Below, in pieces: positions 47,985 to 59,197 of a DNA stretch of 64,000 nucleotides. Numbering within the stretch: position 1 is the first letter of the stretch; each line of letters starts with the position of its first letter. The notes under the pieces were generated by a model. It searched no databases, was not told where the DNA came from, and worked only from the letters and a program-made list of their open reading frames with translations. The DNA lies in the NCBI GenBank assembly GCA_051294905.1, contig CM119379.1:13330001-13394000 (forward strand). The letters are read 5' to 3'. The DNA comes from Botryllus schlosseri (lineage: Eukaryota). The position numbers were made by a program, and so were the translations under genes.

Positions 47985-50900
47985 ATGGCGGCCGTTGTAT
48001 TAGGTCCGGGGGATCTCACAATAATAGGCGCCGTGAATGAGGCAGAAGCCTGGCTGGAATGGAAAAAGAAATTCCTGATCTTTATCGATGCAGCAGGTCA
48101 TGCTGAATCACCTGGGCGCCAGAAAGTTGGATTATTACTGCAATTCATAGGAAAAGAAGGAAAGGAAATATACGAGGATTTCGTGTTTGCTGAAGCAGTC
48201 GCAGAATCAGACGGTGTGGAAGCAGTTGCAGCAGAAGACAAAACTGACCTTGATACCGTCTTGAAGAAGTTTGATGAACGTTTCAAGTTTCGGGATGGCA
48301 GGTTTGAAGCACACCTTCAATTCTTCCATTTCTTACAACGCAAAGAGGGTGAATCATTTGCATCTTGGGTACATGCAGTCAGAAAGGCTGCACGAAAATG
48401 CCAATTTCCTCCAGCAGTGTACGACGCAACCGTTCGGGCTAAACTTATTGTCGGGTGCGTAGATGATTCTGAGATGTTGTACAAGCTATCGGAAATCGAC
48501 TTTGACAAGCTAACGTCTCAGAAGATTATCGACGTTGTGACTACACAGGAGACGAGACGGAGCTATGCTGATCGGAGATCTGCACCGACAGCAATAGAAG
48601 CGGTGGCCAACAAAGCGAGACCTCAAACTTTTAAGAAGCCTGCAGTTGAAAGTGTGCCTATAATAAACTGCACATTTTGCGGTCGACGGCACAAAAGAGG
48701 CATAGGGTTCTGTCCAGCAGCCTCAGTAAAATGCTACAGATGTGGTAGAACGGGCCATTATAAGGAAAGGTGCAGAAGTAGAAATGTACGCGTGCTGGAT
48801 AGCGAAACGATTGAGGAAGAACCAAGCGCTGAGTGTTATGACGAGGAAGAACTTCCAGACGCAATGTGTGGAAGTGTGGGCGAAACCCAGGAAGCAGAAG
48901 CATCGGTAGGTTCAGCACAGGCTACTAAGACTATCCAGTGGACTATCATGTTGAGAGTCGTTAACAACACTCTGAAATGGATTGTTGACTCTGGAGCAGA
49001 AGTGTCTGTCATGCCGCGGCGATTGTACAAGAGACAATATGGGCCTATACAGAAATCTGATAGACGGCTCATTGGAGTTAATCGACAACCTCTCAATACT
49101 GTTGGTTTTGTACGGATGAAACTCAGCTCCGATTTCAAGGCGTTAACAGAGAAAGTCTACATTGTATCGGATGCGGATAAGCTACTCCTTGGCGCTCCTG
49201 CTATACTGGAACTTGGACTTCTTCAAGAGTGCGAGGATGTTCAAGTATCCATAAGGGCAGTCAAACTTACCCCTGAGAGTCGTTTGCGGAGCAAAGACGA
49301 CGTCAAGAAAGCATACCCAGAGCTATTCAAAGGCATTGGCAAACTGGGAGAGCCGTTTACTATTCACATGAAAGACGGCGTTGAGCCCTTCTGTTTGAAT
49401 TTGCCACGTCGTGTGCCAATCCCATTGCGCCAGAAACTCAAAGAGGAGATAGATAAGCTTGAAGAGCTCGGTATCATAGAAGAAGTGACGGGACCTACAG
49501 ATTGGTGTGCTCCAATCGTAGTCGTAGCCAAACCAGACGGAAAGGTGCGACTGTGTGTAGACCTAACCAAGCTCAATAATGGGGTAAAAAGGGAGCTGTA
49601 CCCTATGCCTACAGTCGAAAGCACTTTGGGGCAACTGTCAAAGGGGACGGTCTTCACTAAGCTGGACGCAAACTCTGGATTTTATCAAATTGAGCTCGCC
49701 CCTGAAAGTCGGAAGTTGACAACGTTTATCACACCGTTTGGGAGATATCAATTTCGTCGCTTACCATTTGGCATCTCGAGCGCACCGGAAGCGTTCCAAA
49801 AACGTATCAGTGAAATCCTGCAAGGAATCCCAAACGTGATTTGCCATATGGATGACATCCTAGTAGTTGGCACTCAAACTACGCACGATGAGACGCTGAA
49901 GGCTGTATTGGACCGTCTAAAATGCTCTGGCATGACTCTAAATGAGAAGAAATGCATCGTTGCTGCAACTGAACTTGAATATCTCGGTCAGGTCATCGGC
50001 CAAGATGGTATCAGCAAAGATCCAAAGAAGGTGCAGGCTATTGTGAATTATGCTGCTCCTACTGATAAGACTGAACTTCGCAGGTTCTTGGGAATGGCAA
50101 ACCAGCTCATGAAGTTTAGCTCCAACCTAGCGGAACTGACCAAGCCGTTACGAGAATTGTTGGCGAAGAAGGTTGAGTGGTACTGGGGCCCGTCACAAGA
50201 GGAATCGTTTGCAAGAGTGAAACGCGATCTGTCTTCCGATGTTACATTAGCTATGTATTGCCCAGACAGGGAAACTGTGCTCTCAGCTGACTCCAGCAGT
50301 TACGGCCTTGGTGCCGTTCTGATGCAAAGACAAGATGACAATAACCTTCGCCCGGTCGCATATGCCAGCAGATCAATGAGCGACACTGAACAACGGTACG
50401 CCCAGATAGAAAAAGAGGCCTTGGCAATCACTTGGGCAATGGAGCACTGGAGAGAACTCTTACTGGGTATTGAAGATCTGAAAGTTGAAACTGACCACAA
50501 GCCACTAGTGCCTCTGCTCTCAACGAAATCGCTTGACGAATTACCTGTCAGAATTCAAAGATTCAAAATTAGGCTGATGTCCTATAACTTTGCAATTTTC
50601 CACACGCCAGGAAAGTCGATGTACACAGCAGACGCGCTATCACGATGCCCTTTGCCGACAACGGATGGCATCGAAGACACCGATCTTCACAAGGAAGCGG
50701 AAGCATGTGTGCGTGCTCTGGTCAGCGGGCTGTCTGCTACTGACCGACGCCTTGAAGAAATAAAGAATGCTCTTAAAGAAGACAAGACACTGTCGACTGT
50801 TATGACATATGTTGTTGGAGGATGGCCAAAGAACAAAGAAACTTTAAATGGACCGGTGCGTATCTTCTGGAATCTCAGAGACGTGTTAACAGTACATGAC

Positions 50901-52031
50901 AATCTCTTGCTAAAAAGCAACAGACTCGTCATACCACCGCCGTTGCGCGAAGATGTTCTGAAGCACCTTCACCAATCACACCTTGGAGTAACCAAGACCA
51001 GACAACTTGCAGCACAAGCTTGCTGGTGGCCGGGTTATTCAAAAGACATTGAACATGCAGTACTCAACTGCAACCGCTGTGAAAAGCATCGACGAGATCG
51101 AACTGAACCGATGATGGGGACCGAATTTCCGACACGCCCATGGGCTAGAATTGCTGCTGATTTTTTCCAACTGGAGGACAAGTACTACCTTTTGATCATG
51201 GATTACTACTCCAGAGACATAGAACTGTTCTCAGTAAAGAAAACGATCTCGTCACGGGACACAATTTCTCACTTCAAGAATGTGTTCTCTCATCATGGCA
51301 TCTGTGATGTCTTGCTTACGGACAATGCTTCGGTCTTCGTTTCCTCTGAATTTTCTCAGTTCTCCAGAGCCTGGAATTTTCAGCACCTCACCTCTTCTCC
51401 AAAATATAGCCAGGGCAATGGCTTCATCGAGAGAGGAGTACAAACTATAAAGGCCCTGCTCAAGAAAACAGATGATGTCTATCTGACGCTACTGAACTAT
51501 AGGAACACGCCCTTGCACTCCGGCTTATCACCCGCCCAATTGAGCATGGGACGCAGATTGAAGACAAAGGTGATTTGTCATCCTGACCAGCTACGGCCAC
51601 AGACTGTTGATGTCGAAGATCTTCGAAAAAGGGAGACGGAGTATAGACAGAAAATGGCTGCGAGTTACAATAAAAGACATCGTGTGGTTGAGAATGATAG
51701 ATTCGGAATTGGAGACCATGTATACATTCCTGATTGCGAAAGGATGGGTATCATCAAGGAAATGCATGAAAATCCTAGAGCGATCATCGTTGAGACGAAC
51801 AATGGACTAATGAGGCGTAACCGAAAACACTTACGGAAGTACAACCCTCCGGAGGAACCCAAACCATCTGTTCCGCATCAGAATAAACCGGTTGAATATT
51901 GTCTTGTAGCGTCGAAGAAACCAGGACACCGTCAAGAAGCCAACGGTTCATCTGAACCTACCGGAGAGAATCCCGCGAGACGATCCTCGAGAATTAGAAA
52001 TCCGCCACAACGATTTATTGAGCAATATTGA
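47985..52031 (+). CDS. Gypsy single-ORF Gag-Pol polyprotein (1348 aa), uninterrupted
   Basis: Gag with two Cys/His knuckles (second CYRCGRTGHYKERC), protease VDSGAEVS, RT (LDANSGFYQI, LPFGISSAPE, HMDD), RNase H (ADSSSYGLGAVL, EKEALAI, TDHKPL), integrase HHCC plus DDE (ADFF, TDNAS, GFIERGVQT) and an SH3-like C-terminus. Confidence 0.98.
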   Translation: MAAVVLGPGDLTIIGAVNEAEAWLEWKKKFLIFIDAAGHAESPGRQKVGLLLQFIGKEGKEIYEDFVFAEAVAESDGVEAVAAEDKTDLDTVLKKFDERFKFRDGRFEAHLQFFHFLQRKEGESFASWVHAVRKAARKCQFPPAVYDATVRAKLIVGCVDDSEMLYKLSEIDFDKLTSQKIIDVVTTQETRRSYADRRSAPTAIEAVANKARPQTFKKPAVESVPIINCTFCGRRHKRGIGFCPAASVKCYRCGRTGHYKERCRSRNVRVLDSETIEEEPSAECYDEEELPDAMCGSVGETQEAEASVGSAQATKTIQWTIMLRVVNNTLKWIVDSGAEVSVMPRRLYKRQYGPIQKSDRRLIGVNRQPLNTVGFVRMKLSSDFKALTEKVYIVSDADKLLLGAPAILELGLLQECEDVQVSIRAVKLTPESRLRSKDDVKKAYPELFKGIGKLGEPFTIHMKDGVEPFCLNLPRRVPIPLRQKLKEEIDKLEELGIIEEVTGPTDWCAPIVVVAKPDGKVRLCVDLTKLNNGVKRELYPMPTVESTLGQLSKGTVFTKLDANSGFYQIELAPESRKLTTFITPFGRYQFRRLPFGISSAPEAFQKRISEILQGIPNVICHMDDILVVGTQTTHDETLKAVLDRLKCSGMTLNEKKCIVAATELEYLGQVIGQDGISKDPKKVQAIVNYAAPTDKTELRRFLGMANQLMKFSSNLAELTKPLRELLAKKVEWYWGPSQEESFARVKRDLSSDVTLAMYCPDRETVLSADSSSYGLGAVLMQRQDDNNLRPVAYASRSMSDTEQRYAQIEKEALAITWAMEHWRELLLGIEDLKVETDHKPLVPLLSTKSLDELPVRIQRFKIRLMSYNFAIFHTPGKSMYTADALSRCPLPTTDGIEDTDLHKEAEACVRALVSGLSATDRRLEEIKNALKEDKTLSTVMTYVVGGWPKNKETLNGPVRIFWNLRDVLTVHDNLLLKSNRLVIPPPLREDVLKHLHQSHLGVTKTRQLAAQACWWPGYSKDIEHAVLNCNRCEKHRRDRTEPMMGTEFPTRPWARIAADFFQLEDKYYLLIMDYYSRDIELFSVKKTISSRDTISHFKNVFSHHGICDVLLTDNASVFVSSEFSQFSRAWNFQHLTSSPKYSQGNGFIERGVQTIKALLKKTDDVYLTLLNYRNTPLHSGLSPAQLSMGRRLKTKVICHPDQLRPQTVDVEDLRKRETEYRQKMAASYNKRHRVVENDRFGIGDHVYIPDCERMGIIKEMHENPRAIIVETNNGLMRRNRKHLRKYNPPEEPKPSVPHQNKPVEYCLVASKKPGHRQEANGSSEPTGENPARRSSRIRNPPQRFIEQY

Positions 52032-53843
52032 TCACACACAGGTTTCAAGATCAGGGGCAGAATAATCCCCTAACCTGTTGTACACCTTGGGAGTAGTCTA
52101 CCTCCCTGGTGACTCTGTCTGTTAAGTGCAAATGTCCTGCTCTTGCTAACCTTGCAGGGGTAGTGTCATCTTGTATATATTGTTATCGCTGCTGTATTGT
52201 GACTTGTATATAATGTAAGTAGTGTTGATGTCTCTCCCCCTAAAAAAGGGAGATGTGGTGTTATGATATGCCTGATTGATCATGCGATGGGTTTCCGGAT
52301 TGTTTTGATGACAGACAAGCATGTGGTCTGGGGGAATACACTTCGAGTCCGACTTGTAAAAGTATCTGTCTAAGTAGACAGCTAGAAGCTTATTGATAAT
52401 ACTACAGAAACCTAGATATGAAAATTGTAATAGCATGTATCGAAGCGTTGGAATATTGAAGGTGAAAGACATTTTCAAATTTGAGGTAATGAAATTTATG
52501 CATAGCTATCATCAGGATGAACTGCCACTATATTTTGATAATCTGTTCAAGATACCTTCAGATACCCGGCCACCAACGTCATACCACATTTTCTTTTAAC
52601 TTGTCTCTGTCTGTGCAACACCACCAGTCCAGTCAGTGCAAAATTCGATCAGTTTTATTGGTGTCAATGTATGGAATAAGCTGCCACCTCATCTCCGCAA
52701 TTTGGACTCTTGTGCTTTTGTATTGCTTTCACAACTACAGTCATTGCAGTAAAGAATTTATTAACTCGAATACTTTTCGTGTCCCCCTTATCGAGAGTTA
52801 ATTAACGGCACAATAACAAGCATGCAGAAAGAGATTCAAACGAAAACCAAATTGGTAAAGTATGACGTAATAATACAATAATAAAAATTTACGCTAGGCA
52901 AAGTCAGCTTGTGCTTTTAAAAAGCAATGTTTTCATTCTCTTATCTCTAATTACCGATAAATTGTATTTGCATTGTATTTCGAATTGGTCCATGATACTG
53001 TGTCTTATTTTCCTTGTCGTTCGTTAATTAATTTTATATTTTGTTTATTAGTTATCAACTGTGAAAATTGCTCCTGTCCTGGGTAGCTCGGCTCTGAAGA
53101 CTTTGTTATATCTAGCCTCCCGCGTTTACCTTGCAGGTCGCATTTCACTGATACATTTTGGTAGTGTAATGTTGATATGTAATGTATGCGAATAAATATT
53201 CTCTCTCTCTCTTTCCATTTTTTTTCTGGCTATGCTCTTGGGACGGGCCAATTGTTATTGACGACATTGTTGAATCATACTGTTATTTTATGACCCCCGG
53301 TGAAAATTGCCACTCAAAATTTATTGGTATTGCCAACACGTAAGACTAACTAAATGAAAAAGTCATTTCACGAGACACATACTCCAATTAGTATTTATTC
53401 TTGGGGAGCAATATATTTTCCTCTGCTGGTTCCCCGTGGGACTCAATTTTAAACGGCATGATCATACCGTACCAGTTATTTCGGCGACTGATCATGGATA
53501 TCGAAAGTTTTTGCCAAGATGCCAAGGTAATCTTCGTCCCAGGGTTTTGTCGCGATTCTTATGTATCAATAGCTGGTTGCATTTTGAAATCACGTTGCGA
53601 CTGATCTGATACCCTGTTTGCCGGGTTCGCTGTCAATAGCACGGATCCGGTTGATTGGCGTTCTTGTAGTTGCCAGTCCCCGGTCCCCCTACTTATAGGC
53701 CTTGAACAAGCTATTCAGGTACAATTCATAATTAAGCGATCATATTGTTAATTTATTCGCTAAAAGCTTTTCGTCAGAGACAAAATATTTCCCACATTTC
53801 GAATGTGTTTCGTCCTATTATACTGACGTCCGCTACTGCGATG

Positions 53844-53846
<3 letters not shown>

Positions 53847-53878
<32 letters not shown>

Positions 53879-54417
53879 TTCTTTATTTGTAAAATGTGGG
53901 GAAGCGAGTGGCGCAGTGTGCTAAGCGACACCGTCACGACACCAATGGATCCTGGTTCGAGTTTCGGCTCTTCCATGTTTCTATGTGTCGGAGGTTTATC
54001 TGGGCTCCTCATCGCCGATCCCGCTGCTAACGCAGTGCATTGAAAAATAAAAGCCCAGAGACAGAGTGAGCCGAGCTCCGAAAACGGCAGCAGAGACCCG
54101 AAGTGAATGTATGAAAGTGTGGGAGTGCGCGAAGATGAAATAGAGCAAAAAGACCGAAAGCAAAGATACTGAACTGTACTACATGCATTGTCGTGGCGCA
54201 CAAGGCCTACACAGGCGATAAGCGCCACTGTTGTTGTGTGTAATAATAATAATAATTTGTAAAATGTGAGTTTACACAAATATGCCAAAAAAAGACAAAC
54301 ACAGCGATACGACCACAACAAGATATGTGGTCTTCAGGTCAGCTCTAGTCAAGGCGTAATAATTGTATCATGTAACTGTCCGTCAGTTACACTTTAACAA
54401 AAGAATGAATAACAAAA
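53847..54417 (-). mobile_element. Short LINE 3' end with (TCTG)n tail and 16-bp TSD
   Basis: Minus strand ends aataaagaat(ctgt)n; CGCTACTGCGATGAGA duplicated at 53831-53846 and 54418-54433. Confidence 0.7.
53899..54254 (+). mobile_element. Full-length tRNA-derived SINE with (TAA)n tail
   Basis: A-box TGGCGCAGTGTG, B-box GGTTCGAGT, 3' ...gataagcgccactgttgttgtgtg(taa)n, perfect 14-bp TSD ATTTGTAAAATGTG. A tail-like fragment also occurs inverted at ~3280-3315. Confidence 0.9.
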
Positions 54418-54606
54418 CGCTACTGCGATGAGAGTCAGCGGAAAAGCTGGTAGCGAATAAATTAACAATATGAAGTTATTGTTTCGCGTAGTAGGCTATA
54501 TAAATAAACCTTCATCATGTTGCTTACTAGTAGGGCTGGACAACATCGAGTACCATGGTGATACTATTATAGAGACTATACTATAGAGACTACACAGTCA
54601 CTATAG

Positions 54607-55955
54607 CAGTGGTTCCCAACCTTTTATTTGTCGTCATTCCCCACTTCAGATTTATTCCGAGCCTTTCATTCCCCACCAGGACCGTAACAGCACTTTGTCT
54701 GCCACGCCAAAAACGGTTGGTCTTGGGCCCCCAGAACCCCCTCAGCCCCTCTGAGCCGGTACGCTTTTTCTCTGCAACTTATCAGCTACATGGGTTTACT
54801 GTTTAGCGCGTCGCCTTATTTCGACTAAACGGACGAAGCCCGAAAAATTTACATAATTCGTGTTTAAATCGGCCAATATGATCAGGAATTGCATATATTA
54901 TGCTATCAATTTTTTATCCACTCGCGGCTTACGTAATCAGATTTGAGTAGAGCTGAGTGAGGTGTGTTGGAAAAGTTAGGACCCCTAAATAAGAATTGAT
55001 CATCTTCGGGCGGACCCGTTGGTATATTGACTTATGACTTTGTTACGTTATGCTATATCGTGACCTCCTATATATGCTATGTCAAAAGATATGGAGATCG
55101 CCAAAACTAAAATGCACACACGATTTCAAATTAGTATTGCTTTACTGGCAAAAAATTTTTCCCCGCGGAATGGCATTTGTCCTGTAGGGTTCAGATTGCC
55201 AGGACAGGAATATTTGGCGCCAGCCATTTAGCCAATTAAACATATATGTAGGCCTATATTGTATATATCTCGAAGTTTTGGGTCACCACAAGGGCATTCC
55301 TTCTCGGCCAAGGTCTTCTCTCTGCTGATCGTTCTGGCACACTTCTCGGAGTTGCATGTTACATGGCCTAAAACGTTATATGCCTCTGGTGCGTCGTGGC
55401 GCAGTAATGGTCGGCGCCGAAGTCTTCATTTCTATAAATTCAGCGTATTTTCGTGGGGGAAGGGTAGGCCTACCCAATAATCAGATATTCCGCAATATTA
55501 AATCGCAAGGAGGTTTGGGGTGCAGCAGTTATGGTCCTGTTCCCCACTACCCAGCACTTTTGTCATCACAGAGCAGCTATTTGCTGGTTTGACTGCACAA
55601 GACACACAACCACACCTGTACGCAAGACAATCGCCTACAACCGCAACATAAAACGTATTGTGAACCGATACCAGGAAGGCTAAAAATTTCGCGAAAGCAT
55701 TATTTCACGTCAAACTCGTCGTGCTGGATGCGTTTGTGACGCCATCATTGGCCATCCAGAGTTATAAATGAGGTTTTGTGAACAATACGCAGTATAATTT
55801 TCGATACATACATTCCAGAGCAGTTAACTGGTAACGGTAATTGCGCATGTGTCTCCGTGATAGACTGTCTTCTATATTATTTTGAACAAATGCGTCTATT
55901 CCCCACCAGAAACCATGCGTCCAAATGCGTCTATTCCCCACCGTTTGGGAACCAC
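54607..55955 (+). mobile_element. hAT MITE (CAGTGGTTCCCAAC ends) whose interior matches the 34767-47299 unit
   Basis: Left TIR at 54607; right TIR gtttgggaaccac is interrupted at 55956 by a GGATTT-rich MITE (55956-57193). Interior 54840-55540 aligns to 35020-35146 plus 45655-46318. Confidence 0.7.
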
Positions 55956-56161
55956 CAGAGATGAGCATGGATTAGGAATAGGTTTTGAAAAAACAGGATT
56001 TGTGAAATTTTGTCGGATTTGGATTGGATTTGGATTATACATTTTTTTCAGAACGGATTAGGATTTGGATTGGGTTTATCTATTTTTTGGGAGATTGAAA
56101 TGTCGGGTGGCGAATGGCGACAAACTTTATTCAAATCAGTTATCAATGTGCTTATGGTTAC

Positions 56162-56964
56162 TAGGGCTGGGCACAATGATTCGAGTACTCGAATCTGAAT
56201 CGAGTATTAATTTTAATGATTCGAGTCGAGTAGTAAAAGACGATTTTTTCGAGTACTGAAATTATAGGCTCCTCACCACTGAAAGTTGATTTATCAACGA
56301 GGAGTTTATCAACGATCAACGAGTTTATGCTAATTTCACTGTTGAAGCCTTGAAACTTTGATTGGCCGTATCGTAGCATACGAAACATGAAGTACAAAGC
56401 TACGAACGTTACTGGAAATAGCACATTTCCGAAGTCATGATCATCCCACAATATTGTCACCAAGTGCAATGAAATCGGTATGGTCGAAAAAAATAACAAA
56501 ATATCCTTAATATGGTGGATAACAGGCATTATATTCTTTGTGGTCGCTGAAAAGGTACATATTTGAACTTTGACAAATAATATTATGCTATGACGTCATA
56601 ATGAGTGATACTCGATTACCAGACGTGGTCAGTAACGAAGTACTTCTACTTTTTGAAGTACTTGAAGTAGATTTTTCCTACTCACACTACTTTTTAAGTA
56701 GTTATGATTTCAGACTACTTCTACTTCTACTTGACAGTTTTCAGTTTTGTAGGCAAAAATATGCGTAGAATACCTACTTACTTACTTACTTGTGAACCAC
56801 CACTCCTACTTCTACTTGAGTAGAAATTCCACCGTTACTTCTACTTCTACTTGATTAACGACGGTGACTACTTTGACCACTTCTGTCGATTACTCGACTC
56901 GACTCGAAGCATTATACGTGATTCAGAATCGAATCACTCAGGTACTCGATTTTGCCCAGCCCTA
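56162..56964 (+). mobile_element. hAT MITE with TAGGGCTGGG TIRs and TCGAGTA/TACTCGA repeats
   Basis: TAGGGCTGGGCA...TGCCCAGCCCTA; colinear with 59198-60109 and with an inverted partial copy at ~57230-57748; contains a nested CTACTT-rich MITE (~56622-56885). Confidence 0.8.
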
Positions 56965-57749
56965 ATTGGTTACTAGGTTATCCTGAATCAAGTGAATCGT
57001 TGGTTGTAAAAGAAAATTTTCGAATCCCTCCATTGCATGAATTTTTTTTGTCTGAATTTCCTGTTGGAATCGGATTAGGATTGGACATGAACTTGAATAT
57101 GAAAAATTTATGGAATAGGATTTGGATTTGGATTTGAAGGTTCGGATTTGGATTGGATTAGGACATAGAAATTTCAAATCCGCTCACCCACTGCTAGACC
57201 ACTGATACAAATCACGTATTCTGCTTCGAGTCGAGTGATCGAGCATCACTCATTATGACGCCATAACCGAATGTAGTATGTAAAAGTACAAATATGTACC
57301 CTTCATGTGGCCACAAAGAATATAATATGTCCGTTATGCATCACATTAAAGATACTTGGGTATTTTTTGGCCAGGCCGATTTCATTGCACTTGGTTAAAA
57401 TGTTGTGGAATGATCATGACTTCAGAAATCTGTTGGTTGTTCCCAGTAACGTTCGTAGCTTTGTGCTATATGTTTCGTCTGCGATATGGCTAATCAAGGT
57501 TACGTGGCTACGTTGTAAATTGCTATGCTTCAACAGTGAAAATTAGTATCGAAACTATAATTATTGTTGATAAATTAACTTTCAGTGGCGAGGAGCGTAT
57601 AATTTCAGTACTCGAAAAAATCGTCGTTTACTACTCGACTAATAAGCGCAATGTTAGGAGAGTACTGACTACTGAGCGCAAAATCTTGCACAGTTGAGTG
57701 ACTTTGCTACTCAATAGAATTAATACTCGATTCAGATTCGAGTACTCTA

Positions 57750-58255
57750 AGGCCCTTTTCATACCGGATTTACGAAACTCTTTCGGGAACAAGTTCCGAA
57801 ACAGGCGATGTTCACATAGAGAAAAAATAATTATCGAGACGACCGATTTCAAATCGTAGGTCGAGGCCGTTCACAATTCCATTTGTGTGCCTTGGAATCA
57901 ACTTTTATCAAAATACACCAACCAAAACTCTGTCAACAAAAGAAGTTCGTGTATCACCTAAAAATAGTACATTGAACGCTCTCTCATTCGAAATTTCATG
58001 CTGGTGACGTCATATTTTGTGATACGATTGTTGATATACAATGTTCTTTCCAATTCTCTACTAGTTGCTGACGATTACCCCTGACGAGTGTCAGCCGAAA
58101 ATATTCGGGTTCATTTCAATATGAATATACTATTTAATCGAAACAGTTCCGGGAAAGGAACGCGTTCATACTTATTTAGAGTTACCGCGAACTTATGTTC
58201 ATACAGGTCGTTTTTTCGGTAAATTCGCGGGAAATTATGGCCAGTATGAACGCGA
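57750..58255 (+). mobile_element. PIF/Harbinger-like MITE
   Basis: Ends AGGCCCTTTTCATAC and GTATGAACGCGA; an inverted shorter copy lies at 63337-63486. Confidence 0.6.
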
Positions 58256-58289
58256 TTCTCCGTAAGTGTTGATAGTTACGAAACCATGT

Positions 58290-58760
58290 CTGTTGCATTG
58301 TCATAATGTCCTACAACTGCGTACCAAATTTGGAGTTGGGGGAATGACAAATTTCGATATTAAAGTTGACTATGTATAGGTGCGTGCTACAGTCCCGTAA
58401 CGATATTAAAGTTGACTGTGTATATGTGCGTGCGTGCTATGCTCCCGTAAATAGATTAACGCAAAAGTCGGTATGGAACTGCGTTAGTTTTCAAGGTGTT
58501 CCGACATAAAATATGTTACGAAATTTGGTATGTTGCATTGTCATAATGTCCTACAACTGCGTACCAAATTTCGAGTTGGGGAAATGGCAAATTTCGATAT
58601 TAAAGTTGATTACGTATAGGTGCGTGCTACGCTACCGCAAACAGATGTAACGGAAAAGTCGATGTTGGACGGCGTTGGTTTTGAAGGCGTTTCATCCTAA
58701 AATGGTTGACAAAATTTGGTATGCTACACCTTAATGATGTTGGCTAACACTGTTATGAGT
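58290..58760. repeat. ~240-bp tandem repeat, 2 copies plus a partial third
   Basis: tgttgcattgtcataatgtcctacaactgcgtaccaaattt...gatattaaagttga...taggtgcgtgctac at 58290 and 58531. Confidence 0.85.
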
Positions 58761-59197
58761 TTCGTTTTTGGGTCTCAATTAGCGGAGTAGTAATTCGTCC
58801 ATCAAAATCGAGTACCTAACAATGACGCGGTAAACTGGCATCTAGCCTGCGCGTGAGTGTGTACGCGTGCATTCACCGATTCGAGGCTCGGATCCCCCGT
58901 CATTTTCCGAGGCTGGATTTCCGAGGCTGTGATCCCCTTTGGTATAATGGTTTGGGTAAATCTAATCTTATGTACACTGTACAGAAAAACCAGGGAATTC
59001 GAGAAATCCGTGGGAGAAGCATTTGGTGTACTCTGCGACGAGCTTCGAAACCATAACGAAAAGCAGCCAGCAAATTATACGAACTCAATTTCTCTTGCTT
59101 GCTGAGTAGCTGTCGCTCTTTGGAGGGTAGCCAATGAAGCCAATCGTTTATTAAATTCAGGTAAACGATTTTACTACAAATAATTGCTGGTGCCTAG

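Larger units (their letters stand above)
47699..52406 (+). mobile_element. Full-length Ty3/Gypsy LTR retrotransposon (probably Mag-group), 4708 bp
   Basis: 153-bp LTRs (47699-47851, 52254-52406) identical by eye, TG...CA ends, 5-bp TSD GAAAC, PBS TGGTGGAAGCGG at 47943, PPT AAAAAAGGGAGA at 52242-52253. Confidence 0.97.
34575..53212 (+). mobile_element. 5'-truncated CR1/L2-group LINE split into three pieces (34575-34766, 47308-47698, 52412-53212)
   Basis: The pieces rejoin with frameshifts: [19 protein letters not shown]...LFADDT...NINTKLD | VSKWMASYQLQLNASKTK...KYLGIIIDDKLGWSDHI...LQKLQVLQNRAIRILCRK | PRYENC...LKVKDIFKFEVMKFM...GVNVWNKLP. 3' UTR ends aataaatatt(ct)n. Confidence 0.9.

Noticed and set aside
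53833-54321. 162-aa minus-strand ORF
   Set aside because: It is the antisense of the SINE plus a (TCTG)n microsatellite.
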